DNA of 64,000 nt from Vicugna vicugna (Eukaryota): contig MU058584.1 in the NCBI GenBank assembly GCA_013265495.1, positions 4,718,508-4,782,507 on the forward strand, written 5' to 3'. The notes below the pieces were generated by a model. It was not told the origin of the DNA and did no database searches. It saw only the letters and a program-made list of their open reading frames with translations. Made by a program: the position numbers and the translations under genes. Shown here in pieces: positions 11,385 to 24,400 of the stretch (position 1 is the first letter of the stretch; each line of letters opens with the position of its first letter).

Positions 11385-12972
11385 TGAGACAGGAGGGAAG
11401 GAGGCAGGGCACAGCCATTCAAGGAATGACACAACAATTAACACCAAAATGGTGGAAGACTCAACCTCCAGTAGACATTGAGTCTCAGGATGGTGGGAGA
11501 TTTGACTTCTAGTAGACCTTGAGCTTCATTATATGCTCATTGTAATATATTAGCATGGTGAATAACATTCCCACAGGTGCCATAACAGCTTCGAGACTGA
11601 CCATAAAAGGTCAAAGAGCAGGTGTGGCCCAACTCTTGGGAATCCCAGCCCCTTGCCCAGGGTAGTTGGAATGGCCCTCCCACTTGTTGGCACGTGAAGA
11701 TACCAAGCTCATAAAAACTGGCAACACAGCGCCTTGTGGCCTCTCTCATTCCCTCATTTTTTTTTTTTACATTTTTTTATTATTGAGTTCTAGTCATTTT
11801 ACAATGTTGTGTCAAACTCCAGCATAGAGCACAATTTTTCAGTTATACATGAACGTACATATATTCATTGTCACATTTTTTTTCACTGTGAGCTACCATA
11901 AGATCTTGTATATATTGCCCTCTGCTATACTGTATAATTTTGTTTATCTATTCTACATATGCCTGTCAGTATCTACAAATTTTGAACTCCCAGTCTATCC
12001 CTTCCCACCCCCACCCCCTTTGGCAACCACAAGTTTGTATTCTATGTCTATGAGTCTGTTTCTGTTTTGTATTTATGTTCTTTTTTTTTTTTTAGATTCC
12101 ATATATGAGTGATCTCATATGGTATTTTTCTTTCTCTTTCTGGCTTACTTCACTTATAATGACATTCTCCAGGAACATCCATGTTGCTGCAAATGGCATT
12201 ATGTTGTCAGTTTTTAATAAGTCTATTCTTAGTCTTTTGAGGAATCTCCACACTGTTTTCCACAGTGGCTGCACCAAACTGCATTCCCACCAGCAGTGTG
12301 GAAGTGTTCCCTTTTCTCCACAGCCTCTCCAGCATTTGACATTTGTGGACATTTGAATTACGGCCATTCTGGCTGGTGTGAGGTGATACCTCATTGTAGT
12401 TTTGATTTGCATTTCTCTGATAATTAGTGATATTGAGCATTTTTTCATGTGCTTATCAATCATTTGTATTTCTTCCTTGGAAAATTGCTTGTTTAGGTCT
12501 TCTGCCCATTTTTGGATTGGGTTGTTTGTTTTTCTCTTATTAAGTCGTATGGGTGGCTTATATGTTCTGGAGATCAAGCCTTTGTCGGTTTCATTTGAAA
12601 ATTTTCTCCCGTAGGTTGTCATTTTGTTTTACTTATGGTTTCCTTTGCTGTGCAGAAGCTTATAAGTTTAATTAGGTTCATTCCCTCATTTTTGAAGACA
12701 GCCCACACTCTGTTTATGGAATGTGTACCTACTTTACTTTAACCTGAGCACCCAACCTCCACACCTCGTGGCCTTTTCCTCACCTTTTGAAACAGCCTAC
12801 ACTCTATGGAGTATGTATCTCCCTAAATAAATCTACTATGAGCTATGTCTCACTCTTGAATTCTTTCCTGCAGGAAGCCAAGGACCCATGCTAGGTGGGG
12901 CACGTCCCAGGGACTCAACTGAAACCTGGGACATGGCCCTCTTCTCGCCCCACATTCATTTTTCCTCTGTCA
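11385..12972 (+). mobile_element. Solo ERV1-class LTR (~655 bp) split by an L1 insertion
   Basis: TG...CA termini, perfect 4-bp TSD CCAG (11381-11384 and 12973-12976), AATAAA at 12826. Confidence 0.8.
11762..12677 (-). mobile_element. Young 5'-truncated L1 (ORF2 C-terminus and 3' UTR)
   Basis: 16-bp TSD TCATTCCCTCATTTTT (11746-11761 and 12678-12693). ORF 12092-12622 encodes ORF2p C-terminal motifs ([18 protein letters not shown]). Confidence 0.95.
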
Positions 12973-13298
12973 CCAGTAGTTAGAGGATACACCCTGAGCA
13001 TCCTAGCAGAGAGACTCGCAGACAGGAGGCAGCGAGCCCCGCTGTGCTCTGGTGCCGATCCCACTCTCTGGTCCTCTCACCAGCACCTCCCTGGTCGCTG
13101 TGTCAGTTGTTTCCTCCCTTCTGTTTCCTTTCTTGCACAGGCCACTCTATGCAAGGCTATTTGCTCAAAAACCCTCCTGGTCCATTGCAGCAGCTTGGTG
13201 TTGGAACATCTGCATCCTCCCCTTTCTCCCTTTTCTTTCTCTCTCTCTTTCCCTTCCCTCTTCCATCTTTCTTGCTTTTAAAACATAATTTATTGAGG

Positions 13299-13444
13299 CT
13301 GTTGGGTATAACTCAGTGGTAGAGAGCAAGCTTAACATGCCCAAAGTCCTGGGTTCAATCCCCAGGACCTCCATTAAAAAAAAGTAAATAAATAAAATTA
13401 ATTACCTTCCTCCTCCAAAAAACAAACAAACAAACAAAAAACCA
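13299..13444 (+). mobile_element. tRNA-derived SINE (duplicated at about 15485-15625)
   Basis: A/B boxes, A-rich (AAAC)n tail, TSD-like tttattgagg on both sides. Confidence 0.85.
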
Positions 13445-13449
13445 AAAAT

Positions 13450-13715
13450 ACTTTATTGAGGTGAAATTTGCATAAACATAAAATTCACAATTTCAAAGTG
13501 AACAATTCCGTTGCATTTAGTACAGTCACAGTATTAGGCAACCACTACCTCTAACCAGTTTCAAAACATTTTCATCACTCTGAAATAAGCCCCCTTCCCC
13601 GGTAACCAGTTTCTCCCCAGCTCTAGCCACCACCGATCTAATTTCTTTTTCTATGAATTTATCTACTCTGGATATTTCATTTAAATGGAATCACACAATA
13701 CGTGACCTTTTGTGT
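13450..13715 (-). mobile_element. Old L1 3' end
   Basis: tttattgaggtgaaatt...aatggaatcacacaatacgtgaccttttgtg. Confidence 0.75.
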
Positions 13716-15056
13716 CTATATTTATTTTTTTTCCCGTTTTCAACTTAATTCAGCAATAACTCTCATTTACCCATATCTTTTTTTTTTGCAAGACAAAATC
13801 TTTATTCCATTTCTAACCATTACCAATTGGCATTAACAAAATAAAAAAATTTTAAACAACTTTATTGTCGTATAATTTCTGTACAGTAAACAATACATAT
13901 TTCAGATGTACAATTTGATGGATTTTGATAGATGTATACACCTATGAAAAGACGACCAAATCAAGATACCTAACATTTCTATGACCCCCCCAAGAGGTAC
14001 AAATTTCAAACACCCAATTTATCTATGTTTATTTTTGAATAGGTTCAAAATGTTCATAATTGAAAAAATCAGTGAAAGATACATAGTGATATGTTCTCTG
14101 CCCTGTGGTCACTTAATTCCTTCCCTGGAAGCAGAGAATAACCTCAGTGTTTTTTGCTTATTATTGTTTTTGTTTTTCTATGCTTCCATATGTATTTGAT
14201 GCATACACAAGCAAACGTACAGATACATACACATATCTGCTTATCATGTATCTGTCTGTGCATAAGTCAGCTGTCTTCTACACTGTTTGGACCTGATTTT
14301 TTTCCTCAATATATCTTGGACACAGTTTCCTATCAATATATAAAGAGCTCTCTCGTTCTTTTTTTTTAATGACTATTTTGTATTCTTGTGAATGAGTGTA
14401 TCATAATTGTCGTACACTGCATATTAAATATTTCATAAGCACTTACAAAAAGGGAAAGTACTGTTTTGTGGTTACAGTCTTTTTTCATTTCCCTGCTAGA
14501 ATGGTCAGAACCTCACCGCAAAGTGGCATTTGTAACTGTGAGGACAGGAACTGCATATTTCTTCACTGCACATAGTACTCAATAAATGGTTTTTTTTTAA
14601 GTGAATAATAGGCCAATTTAAAAAATGAGTTGGCAACCCTGAGAACAAGGCGGGAAGGGGGAGGAAGTTAGTTTTAAGATACTCACAATGTTCCTCAAGC
14701 ATTATGTATCCACCTGCATAGTGGCAGAACTAGTAAAATTGGGTTCCAGTGCAAATTCTAATATTCTACTTCTCTCCCTTTTTTAAAATGGGTCCTGCAA
14801 TTAACTCAAAGTACTTTCTTCCTCTATCCAGCAGGAGAGGAGGCTGGTCTCTAAAGTTCTCTGAAGGCAGGGATGATGTCTGTAGTTCTGGATTTGTATG
14901 TCAAGCACTGGTCTTGGACATGGTATATAGAAGGTGATCAATAAATGTGGAAGTAATGACTGACTCTGTGAGGCTTACTCAGTGGGGGACAGGGAGTCTA
15001 CCTAGGAGAGGGTAGAGAGACCTTCCAGGGAAAGAAGACTGTAACCTGGCTTCCCC

Positions 15057-15338
15057 NNNNNNNNNNNNNNNNNNNNNNNNNNNNNNNNNNNNNNNNNNNN
15101 NNNNNNNNNNNNNNNNNNNNNNNNNNNNNNNNNNNNNNNNNNNNNNNNNNNNNNNNNNNNNNNNNNNNNNNNNNNNNNNNNNNNNNNNNNNNNNNNNNNN
15201 NNNNNNNNNNNNNNNNNNNNNNNNNNNNNNNNNNNNNNNNNNNNNNNNNNNNNNNNNNNNNNNNNNNNNNNNNNNNNNNNNNNNNNNNNNNNNNNNNNNN
15301 NNNNNNNNNNNNNNNNNNNNNNNNNNNNNNNNNNNNNN
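15057..15338. other. Assembly gap (282 N)
   Basis: Run of N. Confidence 1.
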
Positions 15339-17244
15339 AAGGCTATTTGCTCAAAAACCCTCCTGGTCCATTGCAGCAGCTTGGTGTTGGAACATCTGCA
15401 TCCTCCCCTTTCTCCCTTTTCTTTCTCTCTCTCTTTCCCTTCCCTCTTCCATCTTTCTTGCTTTTAAAACATAATTTATTGAGGCTGTTGGGTATAACTC
15501 AGTGGTAGAGAGCAAGCTTAACATGCCCAAAGTCCTGGGTTCAATCCCCAGGACCTCCATTAAAAAAAAGTAAATAAATAAAATTAATTACCTTCCCCCT
15601 CCAAAAAACAAACAAACAAAAAACCAAAAATACTTTATTGAGGTGAAATTTGCATAAACATAAAATTCACAATTTCAAAGTGAACAATTCCGTTGCATTT
15701 AGTACAGTCACAGTATTAGGCAACCACTACCTCTAACCAGTTTCAAAACATTTTCATCACTCTGAAATAAGCCCCCTTCCCCGGTAACCAGTTTCTCCCC
15801 AGCTCTAGCCACCACCGATCTAATTTCTTTTTCTATGAATTTATCTACTCTGGATATTTCATTTAAATGGAATCACACAATACGTGACCTTTTGTGTCTA
15901 TATTTATTTTTTTTTCCAGTTTTCAACTTAATTCAGCAATAACTCTCATTTACCCATATCTTTTTTTTTTGCAAGACAAAATCTTTATTCCATTTCTAAC
16001 CATTACCAATTGGCATTAACAAAATAAAAAAATTTTAAACAACTTTATTGTCGTATAATTTCTGTACAGTAAACAATACATATTTCAGATGTACAATTTG
16101 ATGGATTTTGATAGATGTATACACCTATGAAAAGACGACCAAATCAAGATACCTAACATTTCTATGACCCCCCCAAGAGGTACAAATTTCAAACACCCAA
16201 TTTATCTATGTTTATTTTTGAATAGGTTCAAAATGTTCATAATTGAAAAAATCAGTGAAAGATACATAGTGATATGTTCTCTGCCCTGTGGTCACTTAAT
16301 TCCTTCCCTGGAAGCAGAGAATAACCTCAGTGTTTTTTGCTTATTATTGTTTTTGTTTTTCTATGCTTCCATATGTATTTGATGCATACACAAGCAAACG
16401 TACAGATACATACACATATCTGCTTATCATGTATCTGTCTGTGCATAAGTCAGCTGTCTTCTACACTGTTTGGACCTGATTTTTTTCCTCCAAACAATAT
16501 ATCTTGGACACAGTTTCCTATCAATATATAAAGAGCTCTCTCGTTCTTTTTTTTTAATGACTATTTTGTATTCTTGTGAATGAGTGTATCATAATTGTCG
16601 TACACTGCATATTAAATATTTCATAAGCACTTACAAAAAGGGAAAGTACTGTTTTGTGGTTACAGCCTTTTTTCATTTCCCTGCTAGAATGGTCAGAACC
16701 TCACCGCAAAGTGGCATTTGTAACTGTGAGGACAGGAACTGCATATTTCTTCACTGCACATAGTACTCAATAAATGGTTTTTTTTTAAGTGAATAATAGG
16801 CCAATTTAAAAAATGAGTTGGCAACCCTGAGAACAAGGCGGGAAGGGGGAGGAAGTTAGTTTTAAGATACTCACAATGTTCCTCAAGCATTATGTATCCA
16901 CCTGCATAGTGGCAGAACTAGTAAAATTGGGTTCCAGTGCAAATTCTAATATTCTACTTCTCTCCCTTTTTTAAAATGGGTCCTGCAATTAACTCAAAGT
17001 ACTTTCTTCCTCTATCCAGCAGGAGAGGAGGCTGGTCTCTAAAGTTCTCTGAAGGCAGGGATGATGTCTGTAGTTCTGGATTTGTATGTCAAGCACTGGT
17101 CTTGGACATGGTATATAGAAGGTGATCAATAAATGTGGAAGTAATGACTGACTCTGTGAGGCTTACTCAGTGGGGGACAGGGAGTCTACCTAGGAGAGGG
17201 TAGAGAGACCTTCCAGGGAAAGAAGACTGTAACCTGGCTTCCCC
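15339..17244 (+). repeat. Copy 2 of the 1.9-kb duplication
   Basis: Begins exactly at the gap edge and matches 13153-15056. Confidence 0.97.
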
Positions 17245-17541
17245 CGGGGTAGGGTCCATGTGCTCTGATCCTGGGGATGCAGACACCTGGCCCTGCTACC
17301 TCAGGCTGAGATTCTGCATCAAGAGACTTGCTGGAGATGCAGCTGTCTGGACCACGAGACTTATAATCTCCTGCTTCAGGTAATTTTATCACCACTTGAA
17401 CATAAAGCTTGTGCACTAATGCTTTGTGCACAGGCTTGTTTTCCTTCTATTTTTAAACAGAAAATCCTTGTCCTTTCCCTTCAAACCCATCTAGCATTTC
17501 CCCTCAGGCAGCCCAAGTCCTTTGACTGGGCCACTTACAGG

Positions 17542-18811
17542 CAAGTGTGCCCCCAAGATTTACAGGGTCTGGGAAACAGTACAAATGGGAGCCCATATGT
17601 GTAAATATTTAAAAGCTATAAATCAAGCTAAACACTTGCTAACTTACATTCATTCCTCCTCGACTGATAAATACAAGTTATGTCTTTTATATGACTAAAA
17701 ATTGGCAAAATATCAAAGATGACTGAATTCAATTACAAAATTGGAATATATTTTCGTAACAATATAAATTCAATTTCAAAACAAAAGAGTCATTTTTGTA
17801 TGTTTTTCAAGTGTTATTTTTCTAATAGTCAAAATCAAAAGTTAAAGGGAAGAAATACAATTTCAAATTAACAAATGTTAAAAAATTAAATGAAGTACTT
17901 ACATCAAGTTGCAGGTTTTTACTTGACTTTTTGAAAATGTAATGAAATTTTATTAAATATTTTTTATAAAAATGGTGTTTGTGATTTTAGTGTTCAGTGT
18001 CTTAGAGTCAGTATCATGTTCCATGTATGTTATGTATAGACCTACATGTATGCACATTTAAGGGTAATGTGAATTGTCTAATATTGCAAAATATTCCGTC
18101 AGCCTCCTAGTGAATTGTTGCAAATACTGCATTAATTTATGAGTGCCTCTGGGATCTTAAATTATAGCATGTAGAGAAACAAGAGAAGGGATACTTGGCA
18201 CTACTGGGAGGTGGTATATTCTTATACAGGAATCTCTTGCATTCAAGGCATCTTGTGGAGGGGTCCAGCAAGTGGACTTGTCTTTTCTGCTACCTTAGCT
18301 CTTCCATTGTTTGTGTCCCACCAGCAGTCTGCAGCAGAGCATGTCTCCACAACCTTCACCGCATTCAGATATCGTCACCTTTTGTTTCAAGGACATTGGG
18401 CAGGAGACGTGAAGAAGCAGTTCCCTGGAGCCTGAGCAGTGTCATTCATGAGAGGGGGTGTTGCACTGCTGAGTGTGAGATCCAAGTAACCGAAGAGTCT
18501 TATGTTCCTTATTTTATTTTAATTTAATTTTTTTATTGAAGTGTAGTTGATTTACAATGTTAGTTTCAGGTGTACAGCAAAGCAATTCAATTATACATAT
18601 ACATGCAGATATATATATATTTTTTCTCTTCAGATTCTTTTCCATTATAGGATATTAAGAGAAACTAAATATAGTTCCCTGCGCTATGCAGTAGATCCTT
18701 GTAAGTCACGTGTTCTTTAATGCATTTGTGTACGTGTTTGTGATTTGCAGGCTCCCTTGGAGCATGGGCTAAGAGCAGAGTCTATCCCTACTCAGCTCTT
18801 AGAGAAATACT
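17542..18811 (-). mobile_element. Zaphod-like hAT-Tip100 DNA transposon relic containing an L1 3' end (~18510-18700)
   Basis: Both ends resemble recalled Zaphod termini (agtacaaatgggagccc; ggctcccttggagcatgggc...aaatactg). Confidence 0.55.
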
Positions 18812-19309
18812 GATCTTAGGCATGAGATGAGATTACAGGTATGGACTTACTGATCAAAATCTCATTTACTGTGATGAATGCAGAGAGTGGAGGTGGAGGT
18901 TGAGGGCGGACCAATGTTCTCACTTTGCTAACAAAAATAGACTTCATCTGCTGACTTGTGAAGCATCCTCATTTAAGTGGTGCCCTATCTGACAATCTGG
19001 CTGTTACAATTCACTGAACTGCAAAAGATAGACAAAGTTTCTCACTCATTCATTCACTCACTCAAGGCAGATTGTCTGAGCACCTGTTATGTGGGTGCTT
19101 TTCTGGATTTGGAGAGGAAAGAACTGAATGACAGACACTGTGAGAGTCTCAAACTGTGGAGAAGACAGGCTTGAGCATGAATAAGGGTAACGCTGAGAGG
19201 TGAGTACTCACAGGTGTGTTTAAGGTGCTTCGGGAACACAGAGGAAAGAGCAATTGCCACATCAGTATGGACGGGCCCAGAGTAGGCTTCAGACTAGATG
19301 GTACCATAA

Positions 19310-19540
19310 TACTATCTTCCGTTAGTTGCTAACTGAACGCCTGTCATGTTCCAGGCTCTCTTCATACACTGTCATGTTTACTTCCCACAGTAACTTTCAG
19401 AGGTAGTCATTTATGTCCATTTTATAGAATTGAGGACCAGAAAGGTTAAGTTATTTTCTCAATGCCACACAGCTAGTAAGTGATGGTGCTAGAGTTCTAA
19501 ATCCCAGATCTTCCTAACTCCACAGTGGATGGACTTTCCA
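19310..19540 (+). mobile_element. MIR
   Basis: tccattttatagaattgagg...aggttaagt...ccacacagctagtaagtg core. Confidence 0.7.
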
Positions 19541-20299
19541 TTGTGTCCTGGTATTTGAAGTCTTGAAAGATGTGTAGGAATTTATCTGAGTGGAACAAGG
19601 GGATATAGAGCATCCAAGCAAAAGCATTTGTTATTCAAGATCTTGGGCATAAACTAAAATTATAAAACATAGCATATTTGCCTATCCATTGAGATGAAAT
19701 CACATAGGGGTGTAATTACAACCATCTGACTGACTTCTATAGGGTCCTGTGCAAATCCCTTTGCCTGGTTGATTTATAATACTTTCTAACAGGCCCAAGT
19801 TCTTGTTAACATCTAAATTCTCTCCATACAGACACAGCATTTCTACTCTTTCATACATGTTCTGTGTTTGTGTGGATGGGGGTGAGAGAGGGTGCAGGAA
19901 CATTCTCTCCTGGGGGCTCTGGTAACCTCTCTGTGGATTTGTTTTTTCTAGGTCTGTTTAAGTTAGTTTTCTAGACAAACTGCAAGCAGTTTAAGATCTG
20001 AGCCCACATCCTGTCTCTGGCACAGTCCTGGGGGTTACATGGATTCTCTAACACAGAATCATTAGCGCTGGAGTCTGGTTTCAGGTCAATAAAAGAAATC
20101 ATAAAAGAAACAAAACAATCTAATACACCTTTCCCTACTCTCTCTCACCAAAGTTCTACCCGTTGCCCAAATTACTCTTCTCCATGCACTTCCAGTTGGA
20201 ATTACAGTAGTGTTTTGTTAACTTTTCCGCAAAGCTTGTAATAGATTGAATTGAGTCCAGTTGGCTTCAAGTGACTTCTAAACATCTGTTTTCCAGTGT

Positions 20300-21460
20300 A
20301 ACTACAATCAGAAGGCGGATTCTCGCCGCATTTGTTTACAAGTCTGCATCCACACCACAGGGAGTGTGGGGCGCGGGGAGAGCGGGTCCAGGCTTCCCCG
20401 CCTTGGTTTCTGCGGTGCCTCGCACGTGCTAGGGACTCCGCGTTCGGTGACTCAATCCGGGAGGGCAGCGGCGGACGCAGAGTTGAGGCTTATGGCCAAG
20501 CTCGGTCGACTTTAAACCCAAGCCTCCCCGCAGGTCCCGCCTTCCTGGACCGAAACCAGCGCGGGCAAAGCGGGCGGGGCGAACGCGGGCGGCGGGCGCG
20601 GGCACGCCGGGCGCCTGCGCGCTCCGCGGCCAGGTGGGCAGGTACCTGGGCGGGGCGCGCCGTGGTTGGCGGTGGCGGCGCCCGGAAGGGCCCGCGACTC
20701 GGCCAGCGCAACAGGCGGCCGCTCGGGTGCTGGAGCCGCGGCGGACTGGGCCCGCGTGCACTGGGCCCGCGATGGACAAGCTGAAGAAGGTGCTGAGCGG
20801 GCAGGACACCGAGGACCGGGGCGGCCTGTCCGAGGTGAGTGCGCCGCGGCGCCCCGCCCGCCCGCCCGCTCGCTCGGCCGTGCCCTCCCCGCCCCGCGGC
20901 TGCCCCGCCCCGGCCTCTGGGGAGGGCTCTTTGGGGGCTTTAGGGGGCGCCTGTGCCCACCGGGGCCCGCGGAGTCGGGGTGACAACGGAGCCCCGCCCC
21001 CAGCTCCGCCGGCGCCTGTTGCTGGCTGGTGGGAAAGGCGAGCAGGACTTCCAGGGTTTCTTGGAAAGCAGCTTTGCCCCGGCTCCTTCCTCCTCCCCTG
21101 CAGGGCTCAGAGGGGACCCCCGCGCTCCTGCAGCGCCAGGTGCCAGGGCCCAGATACTCTGCACCGGGCGGTCGGCACCTGCTTACTTTTTGTCCCGCAG
21201 CTTTTCAACCTTCCGCGCCCCATCCCCCCACAGAGGGAGGGCCGCGCTGGAGCAAAACCCAGAAACATCTGCGAGGGGGAGGGGCCGCCATCCCGGGCCA
21301 TCGATCTGTTCCCGCAGGCCTGGGAAAGGGCCTTAGGGCCAGGCTAGGCAGGGGCCCCTGAGAGCCTGGCGCGGGGAGCCCCAGTGGGGAAGATCTCCTG
21401 TGCCGGGGACCTGGGTGACGGTTCCTGTTCTCTGCGCCCCGGTGCCCCGGGCAGAGTACC
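20300..21460 (+). promoter_or_regulatory. SFT2D2: CpG-island promoter of SFT2D2
   Basis: Very GC/CpG-rich. E-box CACGTG at 20423, AP-1 TGACTCA at 20448, GC boxes at 20572 and 20648, NRF1 GCGCCTGCGC at 20611, ETS CCGGAAG at 20682. Confidence 0.9.
20772..20834 (+). CDS. SFT2D2: SFT2D2 exon 1 (MDKLKKVLSGQDTEDRGGLSE), vesicle transport protein SFT2B
   Basis: Kozak gcgATGG and donor GAG|gtgagt. The eight exons total 483 nt = 160 aa plus stop. Confidence 0.97.
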
Positions 21461-24400
21461 TGTCCAGTGTAGGTAGTGAGGTGTGACACTCCCACCCGAC
21501 CTTGTGGACACTGTTGCTGTAAACGCCACGAAAACCATGAACGCCTGGAAGGCAGGGACCTCGTCTTGTCTCTCTGTGCTCACACTGCCTACACGTCGAT
21601 CCTGTAGAGACCCAGGACCTCATGGGGCCGCCTGCATGCTTGCTTGTTTTATTTGAAAGATTTGGTCTCGCTGAATCCTGGGCACTGGTAATGCCCTATG
21701 TTCTAGAACCACACAGAATGTTTCCTGTTTTTAGTGCTTTCAGCTTTTGTTTTGTTTTGTTTTGTTTTTCCTTTGTGGATGACAAAATAACATTGCCCTT
21801 TACTCTTTGGTATATTCCATGGTCCTCAGTTTCCTTATCTGTAAAATGAAGGTGGTAAACAAGATGATACGGCTTCTCTCAACTCGAAACCCAAGTTTTT
21901 CCTCTAATGTTAATCAGTGTCTCTTGTGGTTATCTCAGAATGCTTCTGTCATCAACTTTTGCGGTTGCTGATTTTATTCTGAGTTTTGTATGACACTGAT
22001 AGTTCTACCCCCTCCATAAAAATCTCAGAACCATAAAACGTGGCTCTCTGAATCTTCACCTTGAAGCAGTAACACTGTAGACGTGGAGTATATGGGAATT
22101 GGGTTTAACTTCTTTTTTTGACATTTCAAAACAGCCTGTGGATTCTTATAAATCTGATGCTTTTATTAATTAGTCAAGGCTTACGAGTAATTTCATGAGT
22201 TCCTTGTTTTTGATTTCTTGCTTCTTTTAGGAACTTATGAGTCAAACCTCAGACTGGCCTAAGAAAGCTTAGATGGTGGACAGTCATGCTTATCTACAGC
22301 TTTATGCCCCATGGACTGTCAATAAGGTTTTAGAGCAGCTGGGGATCAGGAGGGAGATGCTTTCACTTCCTGAGGACTCTTGGGGGAGGAGTGTTGACAG
22401 CAGGGATGATGCAGATATTATGATTTTAAAAAATCATCATGAAACAGTGGACAGACCCTCCAGAGTGAATGATGTAGTTCAGATCAAAAATGTAAATGCT
22501 GAGTTTGTTGCCACCTAAAATGCTTGTGTTGGATACAGTAACACAAGCTTTGAAGTGCTGTAAGCTCAGGCACACATTAAATCTATTTCAGAAAGACTAG
22601 GTGCTTCTCTTGTTCTGAAACACTGCTGGCAGTTTCGTCTCCCTGAGTGCGAATTTCCTGTTCACCTACGTCATCGTCGGACACTTCCTGAGTCCCCAAC
22701 TCCCGGGAAACATTTTGTGTTTGCTGAGTTAATTTTCCGGGTCGTTTTGGCTTAGTTTTTACTGATGAGGTCAAGGCCTCCTTGACAGTGTTGGCGCTGA
22801 CTTGATTGCCTCACATTTCCCGTGGTTTGGAGGCTGGCAAAGTGGGAGGATTCTGGTCAAATGTCTATTCTGTGTGGTAAGTTGGACTAGGGGACCTTAA
22901 GGTCTCTTCACATTCAATTATAAAAGCGGTCAGAGGTCACTGGACGTGAGTGCTTTGAAAAAAATTGTTCTTTTAATGTGAAGAATTAAAGTATGACTAG
23001 TTCTGTTTCCCTAAATACGAAACCAGGGAGTTATAAAAGTTGCTTGGTAATGTCCAGTCACAGATAGCCTCACAATGAGGTTTCTAATTGATACCTCGTC
23101 TTCATACATCCGCCTTCAATCTTCAGTTTCTGCGAGCTTCTTTCTGAAAGTATAGACTTTGTGTTGCCTCTCCAGGCTCCCAGCCAGGGGCACGGAAGGT
23201 CTGAATGGGACCTGGATGGAAAGCGCAGGAATGAGGCAGTATTGCGTTCTCACTTTCTTCTGCTTATGCCAACCCTGTTTCCCCGAACAGTTCTTAGCTT
23301 TTCTTCTTTTGGGCAAGAGCCCCTCTTCTCTCCACATCCCACCGTCAAAGGGACCTTTGTGCAAACCTGCCAGTCAGACAGCTTGTGAGCTGTTTGCCTG
23401 CAGATCCTGGCAAGGTGCTATTTCAGCTACTCGAATTTCTGAAAAGTGCGCTAGCAGCTTCCAGAAACCATGAATTTAGGGAGACATTTTTACATCAAAC
23501 GGAGTTGATTTTCACAAATTGGCAAAAAGAAGTCTTTAACTTTCACTGGGTCCAGTTAGAAGTGGAGCAGCAGCTCCCTCTTGCTTGTGACCAAGCATGG
23601 GTGTGAAAGAACTGACAGCCACCTGGAGTGGAAAAGCACAATGATGAAAAGTTACAGCTCCTCTCCCCCGTTTTGGCAAATAGGGTGACATTTGGATGGA
23701 GGTCAGCTTGAGAGATGTGCAGAGCCAACATGTCACTTTCCTTTCTGAGGGTAGAAACCGGGACTGCTTCCTGTTGCCAGCGATCTTGATTTTTATAAGG
23801 GCCGGCATCTCACCGTCCTATTGAGATTATTTTGCTTCTGACGGCCAAAACCTTATCAAATTGATACTTAACCTTATGGCTTATTGCCTTTTAAAAAAGG
23901 TTGAATCTTTTAATATATCTCTGTTGATACCAAGTTAATGCTCAGGCAAGGAATCCCATCCAGTCCCGGTACCACACTTTTCTCCCTCTGTGCAGCTCTG
24001 TTTTTTTTTTTTCCTCCCTTGGCCAAGGTAAGATCTTTGGTGCTTGTGTGGGTAGGAGGGGTGGTGGCTTTTGATTTTCTCCTATCCTTGATGGGAGGTG
24101 GAACAGGTTGGTCAGAAGGGGTGTAACCCAATTGTCTCGGGTGCCTGATAGCAGAGCATCACATGGCTCACTTGGGAGGAGAGGATTTCCCAGCGTGGAG
24201 TCAGGTGGCCCCTTTGTCCACTCCCTCTGCCTGTCACCATCCCTGAGCACGCTGTTCTGTGCAGGGTCATATTTGCCACATGTTTCTGCAAGTGCTGTGT
24301 GTGTATGTTTGCGGGGTGGTGGGTGGCTTGCAGTGTCATGAGCCTGCTTTCAGTACGTGTGAACATGTGGGGCAGGAGGAGAACCCCTTTTGATAATCTG

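Larger units (their letters stand above)
13153..15056 (+). repeat. Copy 1 of a 1.9-kb near-identical direct duplication
   Basis: Matches 15339-17244 at an offset of about 2186. Duplicate ORFs appear in the supplied track. Confidence 0.97.

Noticed and set aside
12092..12622. 176-aa ORF, and the ORFs at 45651, 46522 and 51903
   Set aside because: These are L1 ORF2 remnants or their antisense frames, not host genes.
13165..17125. Pairs of identical ORFs suggesting a duplicated gene cluster
   Set aside because: Short non-coding or repeat-derived frames replicated by the gap-flanking duplication.
20332..21623. Many long overlapping ORFs (up to 237 aa) on both strands
   Set aside because: Expected from the scarcity of stop codons in a CpG island. 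Only 20772-20834 fits a spliced, recognisable protein.
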